The notes: a model not told the origin generated them from the letters alone. Shown: positions 27,833 through 37,834, counted from the stretch's first letter. The stretch: 64,000 bases of DNA from Desulfotomaculaceae bacterium (GCA_028696455.1 JAQVGZ010000005.1:5076-69075), one strand, 5' to 3'. Numbers and translations are program-made.

Positions 27833-29041
27833 TTAACGTTCACCACTAACGTGCAGCAGGTGGCCTAGCTTTTTTTGTTTGGTGGACAGATAAAAGCGGT
27901 TGTTCTTTCCCGGTTTTATTTCTATCGGCACACGCTCCACGACCTGCAGTCCGTGACCTTCCAATCCTGCTATTTTTCGGGGATTGTTGGTGAGCAGACG
28001 GAGCTTTTTTAACCCCAGGTCGGCTAGTATTTGTGCTCCCATACCGTAGTCCCGTAAGTCCGCGGGAAAACCCAACTCTAAATTAGCCTCCACCGTATCT
28101 TTGCCCTGATCCTGAAGGTAGTAGGCCCGCATTTTATTCACAAGGCCAATACCGCGTCCTTCCTGGCGCATATACAAGAGAACCCCTGTACCCTCCTGAG
28201 CAATCATTTCCATAGCGCGGGCTAACTGGTCACCACAATCACAGCGTGTCGATTTAAAGACATCCCCCGTTAGGCACTCCGAATGTACCCGCACCAGAGG
28301 TGCTTCTACCTGCTCCATCTCACCCATAACCAACGCCAGATGCCCCTTACCGTCCAGGACACTCTCATAAGGTATAGCCGTAAACTCACCGTATCTAGTC
28401 GGTAAACGAGCAGATTCAACGCGGCGTACTAATCGCTCAGTACGCCGCCGGTACTGAATCAGGTCAGCTATCGTAATAATTTTTAAATTGTGTGTTTTAA
28501 CAAACTCTATTAACTCGGGCACCCTGGCCATAGTACCGTCTTCTTTAATGATCTCGCAGATAACACCAGCCGGATAAATGCCGGCCATTCTAGTAAGATC
28601 CACGGCTGCCTCGGTGTGACCGGCCCGTCTTAAGACTCCGCCTTCCTTGGCACGCAGAGGGAAAATATGACCCGGTCGGCGCAGATCGGCCGGTTTGGTG
28701 TTAGGATTCAACACTGCTTTAACGGTCATGGCCCGCTCGTGGGCAGAAATGCCGGTAGTACATTCTTTAGAATCAATAGAAATAGTGAAGGCAGTTGCAT
28801 GGGGGTCAGTATTATGGGTTACCATAGCTGGTAAGTCAAGTTCATCAAGGCGTTTCCCGTCGATAGGCAGGCAGACTAGTCCACGCCCATTTCTGATCAT
28901 AAAATTTATTGCTTCCGGCGTGGCCATCTCAGCAGCCATAATTAAATCCCCTTCATTTTCACGGTCTTCGTCGTCCACTACAACGATAATTCTCCCCTGT
29001 TTAATATCTTCTATCGCTTCTTCAATTGTGTTAAACTTCAT
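27833..29041 (-). CDS. ribBA: bifunctional DHBP synthase / GTP cyclohydrolase II
   Basis: [11 protein letters not shown] (RibB part) and HSECLTGD and CDCG (RibA part). Confidence 0.95.
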   Translation of the reverse strand: MKFNTIEEAIEDIKQGRIIVVVDDEDRENEGDLIMAAEMATPEAINFMIRNGRGLVCLPIDGKRLDELDLPAMVTHNTDPHATAFTISIDSKECTTGISAHERAMTVKAVLNPNTKPADLRRPGHIFPLRAKEGGVLRRAGHTEAAVDLTRMAGIYPAGVICEIIKEDGTMARVPELIEFVKTHNLKIITIADLIQYRRRTERLVRRVESARLPTRYGEFTAIPYESVLDGKGHLALVMGEMEQVEAPLVRVHSECLTGDVFKSTRCDCGDQLARAMEMIAQEGTGVLLYMRQEGRGIGLVNKMRAYYLQDQGKDTVEANLELGFPADLRDYGMGAQILADLGLKKLRLLTNNPRKIAGLEGHGLQVVERVPIEIKPGKNNRFYLSTKQKKLGHLLHVSGER

Positions 29042-29074
29042 TACTACATTTCCTTTCTCTGTTAAATTTTTCTT

Positions 29075-29725
29075 CTATATAAAACCATGTTCGGACAAGA
29101 AACTCAAACTTATTTTTGACTCTCTGCTATAATTATCAGAAAACGAAGCCAGTCTTTCAATGTATTTACCAATAATATCCCCTTCCAGGTTCACTGTGTC
29201 GCCAACCTTTTTCTTTCCCAGCGTGGTTGCATGAGCCGTATGAGGGATTAGTGACACCTGAAAGCAATCCTCCTGTAAATCTACAACTGTCAGGCTGATT
29301 CCGTCTATTGCCACTGAACCCTTTTTAATAATATACCGCATTACTTCCCCGGGCGCGCGGATAGACACCAGGTCGGCTATATCATGCCGCTCCATCCGTA
29401 TGATCTTTCCTGTCCCGTCAACATGTCCACTGACCAGATGCCCGCCCAACCGGTCCCCCAGGCGCAGGGCCCGCTCAAGATTTACGGGATTACCCGGCGC
29501 TAATTCTCCCAGGTTGGTCTTGGCAAGGGTTTCAGCCATAATGTCGGCAGTAAATTCACGCGTGGTAAAATGAATAACTGTCAGGCAAACTCCGTTTACT
29601 GCGATACTGTCACCTACCTGCACATCCTTCAATACTTTTTCAGCGCCAATAATCAACTGGGCTGAATTAGCTCCATGCCTGGTCGCTCGGAGCATACCCA
29701 ACTCCTCTATGATTCCGGTAAACAT
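29075..29725 (-). CDS. ribE: riboflavin synthase alpha subunit
   Basis: MFTGIIEE at the N-terminus and the duplicated GxSxAVNGVCLTV / GSVAIDGISLTV repeat. Confidence 0.95.
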   Translation of the reverse strand: MFTGIIEELGMLRATRHGANSAQLIIGAEKVLKDVQVGDSIAVNGVCLTVIHFTTREFTADIMAETLAKTNLGELAPGNPVNLERALRLGDRLGGHLVSGHVDGTGKIIRMERHDIADLVSIRAPGEVMRYIIKKGSVAIDGISLTVVDLQEDCFQVSLIPHTAHATTLGKKKVGDTVNLEGDIIGKYIERLASFSDNYSRESKISLSFLSEHGFI

Positions 29726-30826
29726 TTATCCACCTCTATATCTTATATATCCTTCCACGCAAAGGTCGGAGCCCAGCGTATTAACTATTACCCGCTCCAG
29801 TTCCGCAGCCACAGACAAGTCACCAACCCCCATTCCGCCTACCGGGCCGGGCGCATCCCGCCCACCGATAATCTTCGGCGCGATAAACCATACCACCTTA
29901 TCCACTATTTTTGCAGTCAGCGCTGAGCCGTGAACCTCAGCACCGCCTTCGATCAATATGCTGGTAACTTCCCGCTGGCCTAACATTTTTATTAACTCAT
30001 TAAGATTAACCCGTGCGCCTTCATTTACCACCAAGACTTCAGCGCCAACCTGACGCAAAGCCTCCAGCCGCTTCAGTGGAGCGCTTGCCGTAGTCGCGAT
30101 TAAAGTGGGCGCCTCCGATCGCTGAGTTAATATAGTCGCGTTTAAGGGAGTACGGGCTTGACTGTCTAGGATCACCCTGACCGGGTCGCGTCCTTTTTCA
30201 GCAGACAGACGGGTGGTTAGGAAGGGATCATCAGCCAATACTGTGCCAATACCTACCATAATCGCATCGTACCAGTCCCTAAGCTGATGCCCGCAGGCCC
30301 GCGCCTCCGGTCCGGTTATCCATTTTGACTGCCCGGTGCGGGTGGCGATTTTTCCGTCCAGGCTCATAGCTACTTTGGCCACAGTGAAAGGTTGACGGGT
30401 GGTAATGTACTTAATAAAAACCTCATTTAGTTCCCACGCCTCTTCTTCCATTACTCCTTGAATCACTTCCAATCCGGCGTCCCTGAGTCGCCGGATTCCC
30501 CCGCCTGCTACCAGTGGGTTCGGATCAGCCATGGCAATTACTACTTTTGCCACACCAGCGGCGATTACCGCCTCTGAACAAGGTCCGGTACGCCCATGGT
30601 GACAGCAAGGCTCGAGTGTCACATAAAGCGTTGCACCGGCAGCATCCCGGCCTGCTTCCGCAAGGGCCAGCATCTCAGCATGTGGTGTACCCGCCCGGCG
30701 ATGATAGCCCTGGCCAACTACATGGCCGGCTTTAACCACCACCGCCCCTACCATTGGATTCGGGCTGGTCCGACCACGGGCACGGGCAGCAAGCTCTAAA
30801 GCCATTTTCATATAATGTCTGTCCAT
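29726..30826 (-). CDS. ribD: bifunctional riboflavin deaminase/reductase
   Basis: Deaminase zinc motifs HAE and PCxxxxxxxPC (EPCCHHGRTGPC), plus a C-terminal reductase domain. Confidence 0.95.
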   Translation of the reverse strand: MDRHYMKMALELAARARGRTSPNPMVGAVVVKAGHVVGQGYHRRAGTPHAEMLALAEAGRDAAGATLYVTLEPCCHHGRTGPCSEAVIAAGVAKVVIAMADPNPLVAGGGIRRLRDAGLEVIQGVMEEEAWELNEVFIKYITTRQPFTVAKVAMSLDGKIATRTGQSKWITGPEARACGHQLRDWYDAIMVGIGTVLADDPFLTTRLSAEKGRDPVRVILDSQARTPLNATILTQRSEAPTLIATTASAPLKRLEALRQVGAEVLVVNEGARVNLNELIKMLGQREVTSILIEGGAEVHGSALTAKIVDKVVWFIAPKIIGGRDAPGPVGGMGVGDLSVAAELERVIVNTLGSDLCVEGYIRYRGG

Positions 30827-30850
30827 AAATCTCCACCAACTAATAAAATC

Positions 30851-30878
30851 AAAAAACCCTGGGCAAAACCTCAGGGTT
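30851..30878 (-). terminator. FMN riboswitch expression-platform terminator
   Basis: On the minus strand, aaccctg-N10-cagggtt is followed by TTTTTT, just upstream of the ribD RBS. Confidence 0.7.
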
Positions 30879-30935
30879 ATTTAGAGAAACAAAAAGATAT
30901 AGCCTGGTATAAAAATCACCAAAAAGGTATACCTA

Positions 30936-31063
30936 CACCCTCTCCCATCCAGACTTTTACTGTCGGCCCCGGTTTCTCACCGGATCAACCCTATTCTAGG
31001 GCTCGCGGGCTTAAGCGTCTATTCGCCACACCGCCGGTACGGAATTGCACCCGTCCCTGAAGG
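30936..31063 (-). promoter_or_regulatory. FMN riboswitch (RFN element) aptamer
   Basis: The minus strand reads ...CAGGGACGGGTGCAATTCCGTACCGGCGGTG...AGCCCGCGAGCCC...CCGGTGAGAAACCGGGGCCGACAGTAAAAGTCTGGATGGGAGAGGG. This matches the conserved RFN core (GGGTGnAATTCC, CCGACAGT-AAGTCTGGATGGGAGA) and sits upstream of ribD. Confidence 0.85.
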
Positions 31064-31087
31064 CATTACTTATTTACTTTATCTATA

Positions 31088-31116
31088 ATTATAGGTTTTA
31101 AATTACGCGATGTCAA
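31088..31116 (-). promoter_or_regulatory. consensus sigma-A promoter of the rib operon
   Basis: Minus strand TTGACA-17 nt-TATAAT, just upstream of the riboswitch. Confidence 0.6.
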
Positions 31117-31451
31117 TAATACAGATTGTTCGGTGGGTGTCAACTTATTGTAGGACTTCCGGGGCCGCATCTCGCTATCCCTTGGAAACACGGCCTGCCG
31201 AGGCTCCAGGTCAAGGGTGGCGCCTTGAGTCTCAAGCGTAGCTAATTATTTTATAAAATTGTATAATTACTAAGGGCAATTAATAGCAAGCGTCCGATTT
31301 TGGGGGACAGGCCGGGCAAAGATTTATCAGTCAAGGCACTAATTGAGAGCCAATATCGGGATGCACCCCGGAAAGCGATAGTTTACGCAAATCGTCAAAC
31401 GTTTTGATAGTCCTCTCAAACTCAACATTAAACTGAACAGTATGAATTATT

Positions 31452-32474
31452 TTAACTTTGTAAATGTCGCGCCGCTGTTACCCCGTTAACCACATATTTA
31501 GGTGCTTTTCCCTTTGCTACACAGGCCATATTATCAAGAGCGTTAAGCAACATGCGCCTAAATGCCCCGGTGGTAACACCTGCTAGGTGAGGGGTAATTA
31601 GCAGCTTTTTCTGGGCTGTCGGGGAGAGATTTAGCAAAGGATGGCTGGGCGGTGGCGGTTCCGGCGACATCGTATCAATAGCCGCACCACCTAAGTGCCC
31701 ATTCTCCAGAAATTCTGCCAGGGCCATTTGATCTACAACTTCGCCCCGTGCGGTATTAATGAAAATGGTACCGGGACGCATCAGACCAAACTCACGGCGG
31801 TTAATCATGCCCCTGGTTTGCTCGGTTAGCGGAACATGCATACTGATAATTTCACATTCGGTAAGCAGTTCATCTAGTGGCTTGTATTGTACGCCCAATT
31901 CGACCTCCGTATTTTCGGCGGCCCGGTAAATATCGTAATAGTAGAGTTTAGCTCCTAACATACCGGCTACTTCGGCAACCTTGCGACCGATAGCCCCTAA
32001 ACCGACGAGACCCAGTTTAGCATCGCATATATCCGCCAATCCCGTTTTAATAAGTTGTCCTCGCAACTGTGCATAGTTTCCGGCCTTAATTTCACGGTCG
32101 GATACCAAAACATGGCGTTGTAATGAGACGATCATCCCGATGGCAAGCTCCGCCACCGAACCGGCATTTTTCCCGGCATTATTTGCTACCGGCAGCAAGT
32201 GTTTAGCGGCTGCATCCGCATCTACCGTGTCATATCCTACTCCGTCCATTTGGATCATTTTAATGGACGGACTGTTTTCAATTACGAAAGCGCTAATTTG
32301 AGCTGGTGAAAAACCGGATAAAGCAAGCAAAAAATCGGCGCCCCGGCAGGCTTTAATAATGTCTTCTTCATTAAAATTTTCTAAAAAAATAAAATTCCAT
32401 CCTTCTGGTATATCTATATTTGTTTTAAAGAAACGGTCCCTTGGGACCAGGCTAACAGTGGTAGGCATATCCAA
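31452..32474 (-). CDS. D-isomer-specific 2-hydroxyacid dehydrogenase family protein
   Basis: The NAD-binding motif GLVGLGAIGRKVA and the catalytic-region patterns FINTARG and ITPHLAG. Confidence 0.85.
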   Translation of the reverse strand: MDMPTTVSLVPRDRFFKTNIDIPEGWNFIFLENFNEEDIIKACRGADFLLALSGFSPAQISAFVIENSPSIKMIQMDGVGYDTVDADAAAKHLLPVANNAGKNAGSVAELAIGMIVSLQRHVLVSDREIKAGNYAQLRGQLIKTGLADICDAKLGLVGLGAIGRKVAEVAGMLGAKLYYYDIYRAAENTEVELGVQYKPLDELLTECEIISMHVPLTEQTRGMINRREFGLMRPGTIFINTARGEVVDQMALAEFLENGHLGGAAIDTMSPEPPPPSHPLLNLSPTAQKKLLITPHLAGVTTGAFRRMLLNALDNMACVAKGKAPKYVVNGVTAARHLQS

Positions 32475-32571
32475 CCCCCCCCAAAACTGTATTTTCTTTT
32501 AAGCTTAATTGTGTGAAATTTCAAATAATTCTGTGCCCACAATAACATTCTCATTATATTTAGGGTAATAT

Positions 32572-32823
32572 TTAAGCCAACTTGCGCAAATCATGACACC
32601 AGCGGCATAACCGGTGTCTTAACAAAATACACATTTTTTGCAAGAAATCGCCTTTAAAAAAATCCAATGTGTTTTGCGCCTTAAGACGAACAAGATATCG
32701 CCTACAGGAAGATAAACACCTCGTAAACACCAGTCCCTGTGGTAATAAAGGTTCTTCTTTATTTGATAAAGTGTGGAATTGTACTGGTACAATGGACCAT
32801 AGGTTATACTGATTCCAAAACAT
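32572..32823 (-). CDS. hypothetical small Cys/Arg-rich protein (83 aa from ATG 32823)
   Basis: GGAGGTG (32827-32833) lies 3 nt upstream of ATG 32823. I recognise no family and the composition is unusual, so the coding status is uncertain. Confidence 0.3.
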   Translation of the reverse strand: MFWNQYNLWSIVPVQFHTLSNKEEPLLPQGLVFTRCLSSCRRYLVRLKAQNTLDFFKGDFLQKMCILLRHRLCRWCHDLRKLA

Positions 32824-33413
32824 TTTCACCTCCAAACTAATTATTAGCCTATTCGAAAACTCAAAAGGATTCATTTTTCAATATCAGGACAAAGATACCA
32901 TATTACCCTCATCATTTATTCAAATGTTTAAATCAGTTTTAAGTAAACAATTTTTTTACGACTTAAGTTCTTGTATTTTAGATTTATTCAAGCGGAGGAA
33001 AATCTATTCGTTTCTATGCGATGGTAGAGCAACTACTAGTTGCTTTTATGAAAAAATTGCCGGATTTTACAAGAAAATGGTAAGCCCTTAATACTGAGCT
33101 TAAGGAGTTTTTTTAAGCGATAAGCGAGAGGTATGTTTTACCCCTAGCTTCAAATAGTTACTCCCTGAAAACCATCCTGAACCAGGCTGTTCTGTTTCTG
33201 GTTGGTGGATACCGGCAGAATTTATCGTACACTTTGCAAACGCTTTGATCATTTCCTCCTGGCTATATCCAAGATCCTCAACTATCTCAGTTGCGAGCGG
33301 CAGCAATACCATCAGCTTTCGGTCTTTTTAGGCGAGCAGAAACAATCCTGGTGATTTACCTCGGTCCATATTAGGGTATTCTATTGTGGAAGCTTCCCAA
33401 GTAACGAGAAGTT

Positions 33414-33443
33414 AAGCCAGTCATAAAATGTTATGGCTGGCTT
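33414..33443. terminator. 13-bp hairpin immediately downstream of the acyl-CoA ligase gene
   Basis: aagccagtcataa-aatg-ttatggctggctt, with one G-U pair. It lies 15 nt beyond the stop codon of the minus-strand CDS. Confidence 0.45.
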
Positions 33444-33458
33444 CCTTTTATTCCGGCA

Positions 33459-35042
33459 TTATTTCAAACATCTGTCTTCAAGATTTAACACCTCACGCTT
33501 GCCGCAATATTCCTCGCGGAGTTTTGGCTTTTCAATCTTGCCAGTCGGGTTTCGTGGGACCTTGTCGAAGAAAACTTTGTGCGGCCTTTTATACCTGGGT
33601 AATTTCTCGCAGAATTCAATAACCATAGACTCACTCAGTTTCCTCCCGAGTTTGACCTCTACAATCGCCACGGGTATTTCCCCCAGGCGGTTGTCAGGCA
33701 TTCCTATTACGGCAGCATCCTTTATATCGTCATGGGACCGCAGAAAATCTTCAATTTCCACAGGGAAGATATTCTCCCCTCCGGTTATGACGACATCTTT
33801 CTTCCGGTCCACAAGGTAGATGAACCCGTCTTCATCCTGCTGGGCCATATCCCCGGTATAAAGCCAGCCGTTCTTCAGTACATTGCTGGTGGCTTCCGGG
33901 TTTTTATAATAACCTTTCATAACTCCCGGTCCTCTGACAATCAATTCACCAACATTGCCTTGAGGAACAGGATTTCCGCTGCTATCGACAATCATCGTTT
34001 CCCAGTTAAAGCCAGGTAGGCCGATCGCGCCAACCTTGTGCATATTTTCCATGCCAAGGTGAACGCAACCAGGTCCGGTTGACTCACTTAAGCCATAATT
34101 AGTATCATACTGCTGCCCCGGAAAATACTTTTGCCATCTCCTGATCAGGCTTGGAGGCACAGGTTGGGCTCCAATATGCATTAGCCGCCATTGTTCAAGG
34201 TGATAGTCGTTCAGGTCAACTTCCCCGCTCTCTATAGCGTCGAGGATGTCTTGGGCCCATGGCACAAGAAGCCATACTATTGTTGCTTTTTCTTCAGATA
34301 TTGCTTCAAGAATCCACTGTGGTTTCATACCACGCAGGATTACGGCCTTTGAACCGACAATAAGGTTGCCGAACCAGTGCATTTTAGCCCCAGTATGATA
34401 CAATGGGGGAATACAAACAAAATTATCATTGTGGTTCTGAAGATGATGGCGGTTTTCTGAAATGCACGCGGAGACAAGGTTATCGTGTGTCAGCAAAATA
34501 GGTTTAGGATCCCCCGTTGTACCTGATGTGAAGTAAATGGCAGCCGAATCATAATCAAAAAATGTCACATCGGGGGCATCAGCAGGGTATTTCCTAATTA
34601 TTTCATCATAACTTTCGGCTTTTTCGGGGCAGTCCTTTCCTACAAAAATAAACTTTTCAACATGGTGGAGCTGGTCACTGATTTCGTCAATCTTATCCCG
34701 GAACTCGGGTCCGTAAACGAGCACCTTGCCCTCCGCCGCCCCTATACATTTTCTAATTTCCGCCGCGGTAAACCGGAAGTTTAGAGGAACGGCCATGGCT
34801 CCGGTTTTTAAAATACCAAAATAAGTAGGCAGCCATTCCAGGTTATTCATCATTAGATGAACAACCTTGTCACCCTTCCCCACACCAGATGCCAGTAGAG
34901 CGTTTGCAAACTTGTTGGCCGTACTTTCAAATTCTAGCCATGATATCTCTCTTCGTCTGTTCACAGCCGGCTCACGCTCTATTAAAGCAGTCTCATGTGG
35001 ATACATCCGTGCATTGCGGGAAAGCATTTCTGTTATTGGCAT
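33459..35042 (-). CDS. AMP-dependent acyl-CoA synthetase/ligase (ANL superfamily)
   Basis: The AMP-binding motifs FTSGTTGDPKP, YGLSE, TGD and GKIEKPKLRE. ATG 35042 is preceded by AAGGAGG. Confidence 0.85.
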   Translation of the reverse strand: MPITEMLSRNARMYPHETALIEREPAVNRRREISWLEFESTANKFANALLASGVGKGDKVVHLMMNNLEWLPTYFGILKTGAMAVPLNFRFTAAEIRKCIGAAEGKVLVYGPEFRDKIDEISDQLHHVEKFIFVGKDCPEKAESYDEIIRKYPADAPDVTFFDYDSAAIYFTSGTTGDPKPILLTHDNLVSACISENRHHLQNHNDNFVCIPPLYHTGAKMHWFGNLIVGSKAVILRGMKPQWILEAISEEKATIVWLLVPWAQDILDAIESGEVDLNDYHLEQWRLMHIGAQPVPPSLIRRWQKYFPGQQYDTNYGLSESTGPGCVHLGMENMHKVGAIGLPGFNWETMIVDSSGNPVPQGNVGELIVRGPGVMKGYYKNPEATSNVLKNGWLYTGDMAQQDEDGFIYLVDRKKDVVITGGENIFPVEIEDFLRSHDDIKDAAVIGMPDNRLGEIPVAIVEVKLGRKLSESMVIEFCEKLPRYKRPHKVFFDKVPRNPTGKIEKPKLREEYCGKREVLNLEDRCLK

Positions 35043-35358
35043 AAAAAAACCTCCTTTTGGCCGAAACAAGTTCTACCCGTGGCGTTTACTAAAACATGTT
35101 CAATCTAGTAATTTTCCGTACTGCGGGAAAAAATAAATATAAAAGATAATTCCTACTTTCCCGATTTCCATCTAACACCTCCCATCCATTTTGATCTTTT
35201 GTCCGCGTTGAGACGGTAGCAATGCCCTGACTTCTAAAACGTACTGAACTATCTGTTAGTCAGGTATATTAAATTATTTCCAACAGTATGCTAAACAACT
35301 TTTTAAAAATAAATAATCGTCTAATAAGTGGAAATATTTCAACAACTTAATGATTTAG

Positions 35359-35978
35359 CTAATTTCTTTTCTTTAAGGCTTTTAGTACCTTTTCCGGGGT
35401 AATGGGTAATTCGGTAAATCTTACCCCAATTGCATCGTATACCGCGTTAATAATTGCCGGGATAGTCGGCTGAACGGCGCCTTCGTCGGTTTCCTTAAAA
35501 CTCCGAATGGGGCTGCTTGAATATAACCATCTTAGTCCAGGCCGATTTTCATTTTCATGTAGCATACATGCCGACCTTTGTGCGTGAAAAATACCTCATT
35601 GCGCTCAAACGTCACCTTGACTAGCCGCCCAGTTTTCCTGGACAACAGACATGCGACAAATTCGGATGAGGCTACTTCACCCTTACTGCCGAAACCACCA
35701 CCTACCGTAGGCAGGGTAACCCGGATCTCGTTCATGGGTATTTCCAGGACGTTTGACATCTGGCGGTGCAGGTAGTGGGGAACCTGGCTACTAGCCCACA
35801 AATGGAGTTGCCCGCTTTGAGAATCATCACTGGCCAGGGCGGAATGCGGCTCCAAAAAGGCATGGTTGACGTAAGAGTGAAAGGCCCAATCGATCCTCTG
35901 GGATTTCTTCGTAAAGACGGTAGCGAATCCCCAGTTGCTAAAAAGTGCTAACCGGTAGTTAAATATTATACTATTCAT
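35359..35978 (-). pseudogene. remnant of a xanthine dehydrogenase/aldehyde oxidoreductase molybdopterin-binding subunit (large internal and N-terminal deletions)
   Basis: There are two out-of-frame fragments. ORF 35532-35978 carries a mid-protein region (FLEPHSALA...WASSQVPHYLHRQ...LPTVGGGFGSKG...KTGRLVKVTFERNEVF). ORF 35359-35565 carries only the extreme C-terminus (PTIPAIINAVYDAIGVRFTELPITPEKVLKAL). Together they make about 200 aa of what is normally a protein of about 750 aa. Confidence 0.7.
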
Positions 35979-36295
35979 AATATTATGTAAATTCGTTTTC
36001 TAAAAATATGGAAATTCGACAAGTCAGGATTTTTTGAATATAGGGAAACCGGCAAATTAGAATTTTTAGTGAGTAGGAATCTTTTCAATTAGTTAACATC
36101 AATAAATTATTTCCCCTACTCGACATCCTAATAACTCAACTTCCTGTATGAAAGAATAAGCTTTCCCTTAAAAATGCCGGCAGGAAGGAAATGAACTTAT
36201 CGATTAGTTTTTCAAAGCACAGTCAGTTATTGTAAGGTACTTCCTGGTGTTCTTGCGCTTTGGCGTTCTGTTATGCTTGTAACCAAGCAAGCTCT

Positions 36296-36958
36296 TTACC
36301 GTTTCTGGGTAGCTACCTCCCTGATTTCACGCACAGCCGCAGCAATATCCTCCCTACCGAATATAGCCGAACCGGCCACCAGCACCGTTGCGCCGGCCTG
36401 CGCCACGGCCGCGGCAGTATCCCGGTTTACTCCGCCGTCCACCTGAATCTCAGCGTTTATGCCCTTCTCTTTAAGCATGTTTTTGATAATCCTAATCTTG
36501 GGCAATACCTCCGGGATAAAGGACTGCCCGCCAAAACCAGGGTTGACAGTCATTAAAAGCACCAGGTCCACTAGGGGCAGAACATATTCTAACGATTCAG
36601 GTGGTGTTGCCGGATTAAGTGCCACACCAACCATTGCTCCTTGTTCTTTGATCATAGAAAGCACCCGATGCAAGTGCCGTGTTGCCTCTACATGTACTGT
36701 AACCAGGTCGGCGCCTGCATCAATAAACTGTTTTATGTAAAGTTCGGGTTTTTCTATCATTAGATGTACATCAAAACACATGCGGCTCCTTGCTCTGAGT
36801 GCCTTTACCACCAGGGGACCGACAGTAATATTGGGAACGAAATGACCATCCATTACGTCAATGTGCAGGTATTCCGCTCCAGCCTCCTCAGCTTTCAAAA
36901 CATCATCGAGGAGTGCTGCAAAATTAGCGGACAAAATTGAGGGTGCCAGCTTAACCAT
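36296..36958 (-). CDS. rpe: ribulose-phosphate 3-epimerase
   Basis: PSILSANF, HIDVMDGHFVPN and VNPGFGGQ motifs. Confidence 0.95.
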   Translation of the reverse strand: MVKLAPSILSANFAALLDDVLKAEEAGAEYLHIDVMDGHFVPNITVGPLVVKALRARSRMCFDVHLMIEKPELYIKQFIDAGADLVTVHVEATRHLHRVLSMIKEQGAMVGVALNPATPPESLEYVLPLVDLVLLMTVNPGFGGQSFIPEVLPKIRIIKNMLKEKGINAEIQVDGGVNRDTAAAVAQAGATVLVAGSAIFGREDIAAAVREIREVATQKR

Positions 36959-37822
36959 TCAATAACGCCTCCTGCGTTTTAATTCCTGCAAAAACTCCAA
37001 ATATTGCCGGTAACGTATTTCTGCAATGTTACCCATTCCAACTGCTTCCTTGACAGCGCAATCAGGCTCCTTGTCATGCAGGCAGCCGGTATAATAACAC
37101 TGCCTGGTATACTTTTTTATTTCCGGAAAGCAACGGGATAAATCCTCGGGTCTTAACTCCGGCAACTCAAGGCTGGAAAAACCGGGGGTGTCCGCCACCA
37201 GGCCACCTTCCGGCAGGGGAATTAACTCTACATGACGGGTTGTATGTTTTCCTCGTTTTAGTTTTTTACTAATTTCACCGGTCTTGAGTTTTATACCGGG
37301 CAGGATAGCATTCAAAATTGTTGACTTTCCTACTCCAGACGGGCCAGCAAATACCGAAATTTTCCCCCGCAGTGACTCGCTAAGCCTCTCCAACCCCGTC
37401 CCAGTTATGGTGCTGGTTAGCATTACCGGGTAAAAAGACTGATAACAGGAAACAAACTCCATTATGCCATCCACCGCTAAATCAATCTTATTGAAGCAAA
37501 CCAGTGGCTCAATGTTGTTTAAAATAGTAGTAATTAAAAACCGGTCGAGTAGCCCAGGGTTTGGTTTAGGCCGTTGAACTGAAAAAACAATTACCGCCTG
37601 CTCAACATTAGCTATCATTGGTCGGAGCAACAATGAACAACGAGGCAACACATTTACAATCACCCCGGCCCGGCCGGACTCGAGCGACACTTCCACCCGG
37701 TCACCAACCAGAACTTGTTGTTTTTCGTAACGGAAACGCCCTCGGAGAGAACATTCCCATTCTTCGTGGCCATTATACACATAATAATAGCCACCGTAAG
37801 CTTTAACTACTATACCTCGCAT
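36959..37822 (-). CDS. rsgA: ribosome small-subunit biogenesis GTPase RsgA
   Basis: A circularly permuted GTPase (NKIDL ... GPSGVGKST) with a C-terminal zinc cluster (CYYTGCLHDKEPDC). Confidence 0.9.
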   Translation of the reverse strand: MRGIVVKAYGGYYYVYNGHEEWECSLRGRFRYEKQQVLVGDRVEVSLESGRAGVIVNVLPRCSLLLRPMIANVEQAVIVFSVQRPKPNPGLLDRFLITTILNNIEPLVCFNKIDLAVDGIMEFVSCYQSFYPVMLTSTITGTGLERLSESLRGKISVFAGPSGVGKSTILNAILPGIKLKTGEISKKLKRGKHTTRHVELIPLPEGGLVADTPGFSSLELPELRPEDLSRCFPEIKKYTRQCYYTGCLHDKEPDCAVKEAVGMGNIAEIRYRQYLEFLQELKRRRRY

Positions 37823-37834
37823 AAGCTTTCCATT

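Noticed and set aside
32475-32482. A homopolymeric C8 (G8 on the coding strand) tract, as a possible phase-variation switch
   Set aside because: It sits in the 5' UTR and plausibly is the SD of the dehydrogenase gene (GGGGGGGG, with the sequence TTGGAT between it and the ATG). A single tract gives no evidence of length variation without population data.
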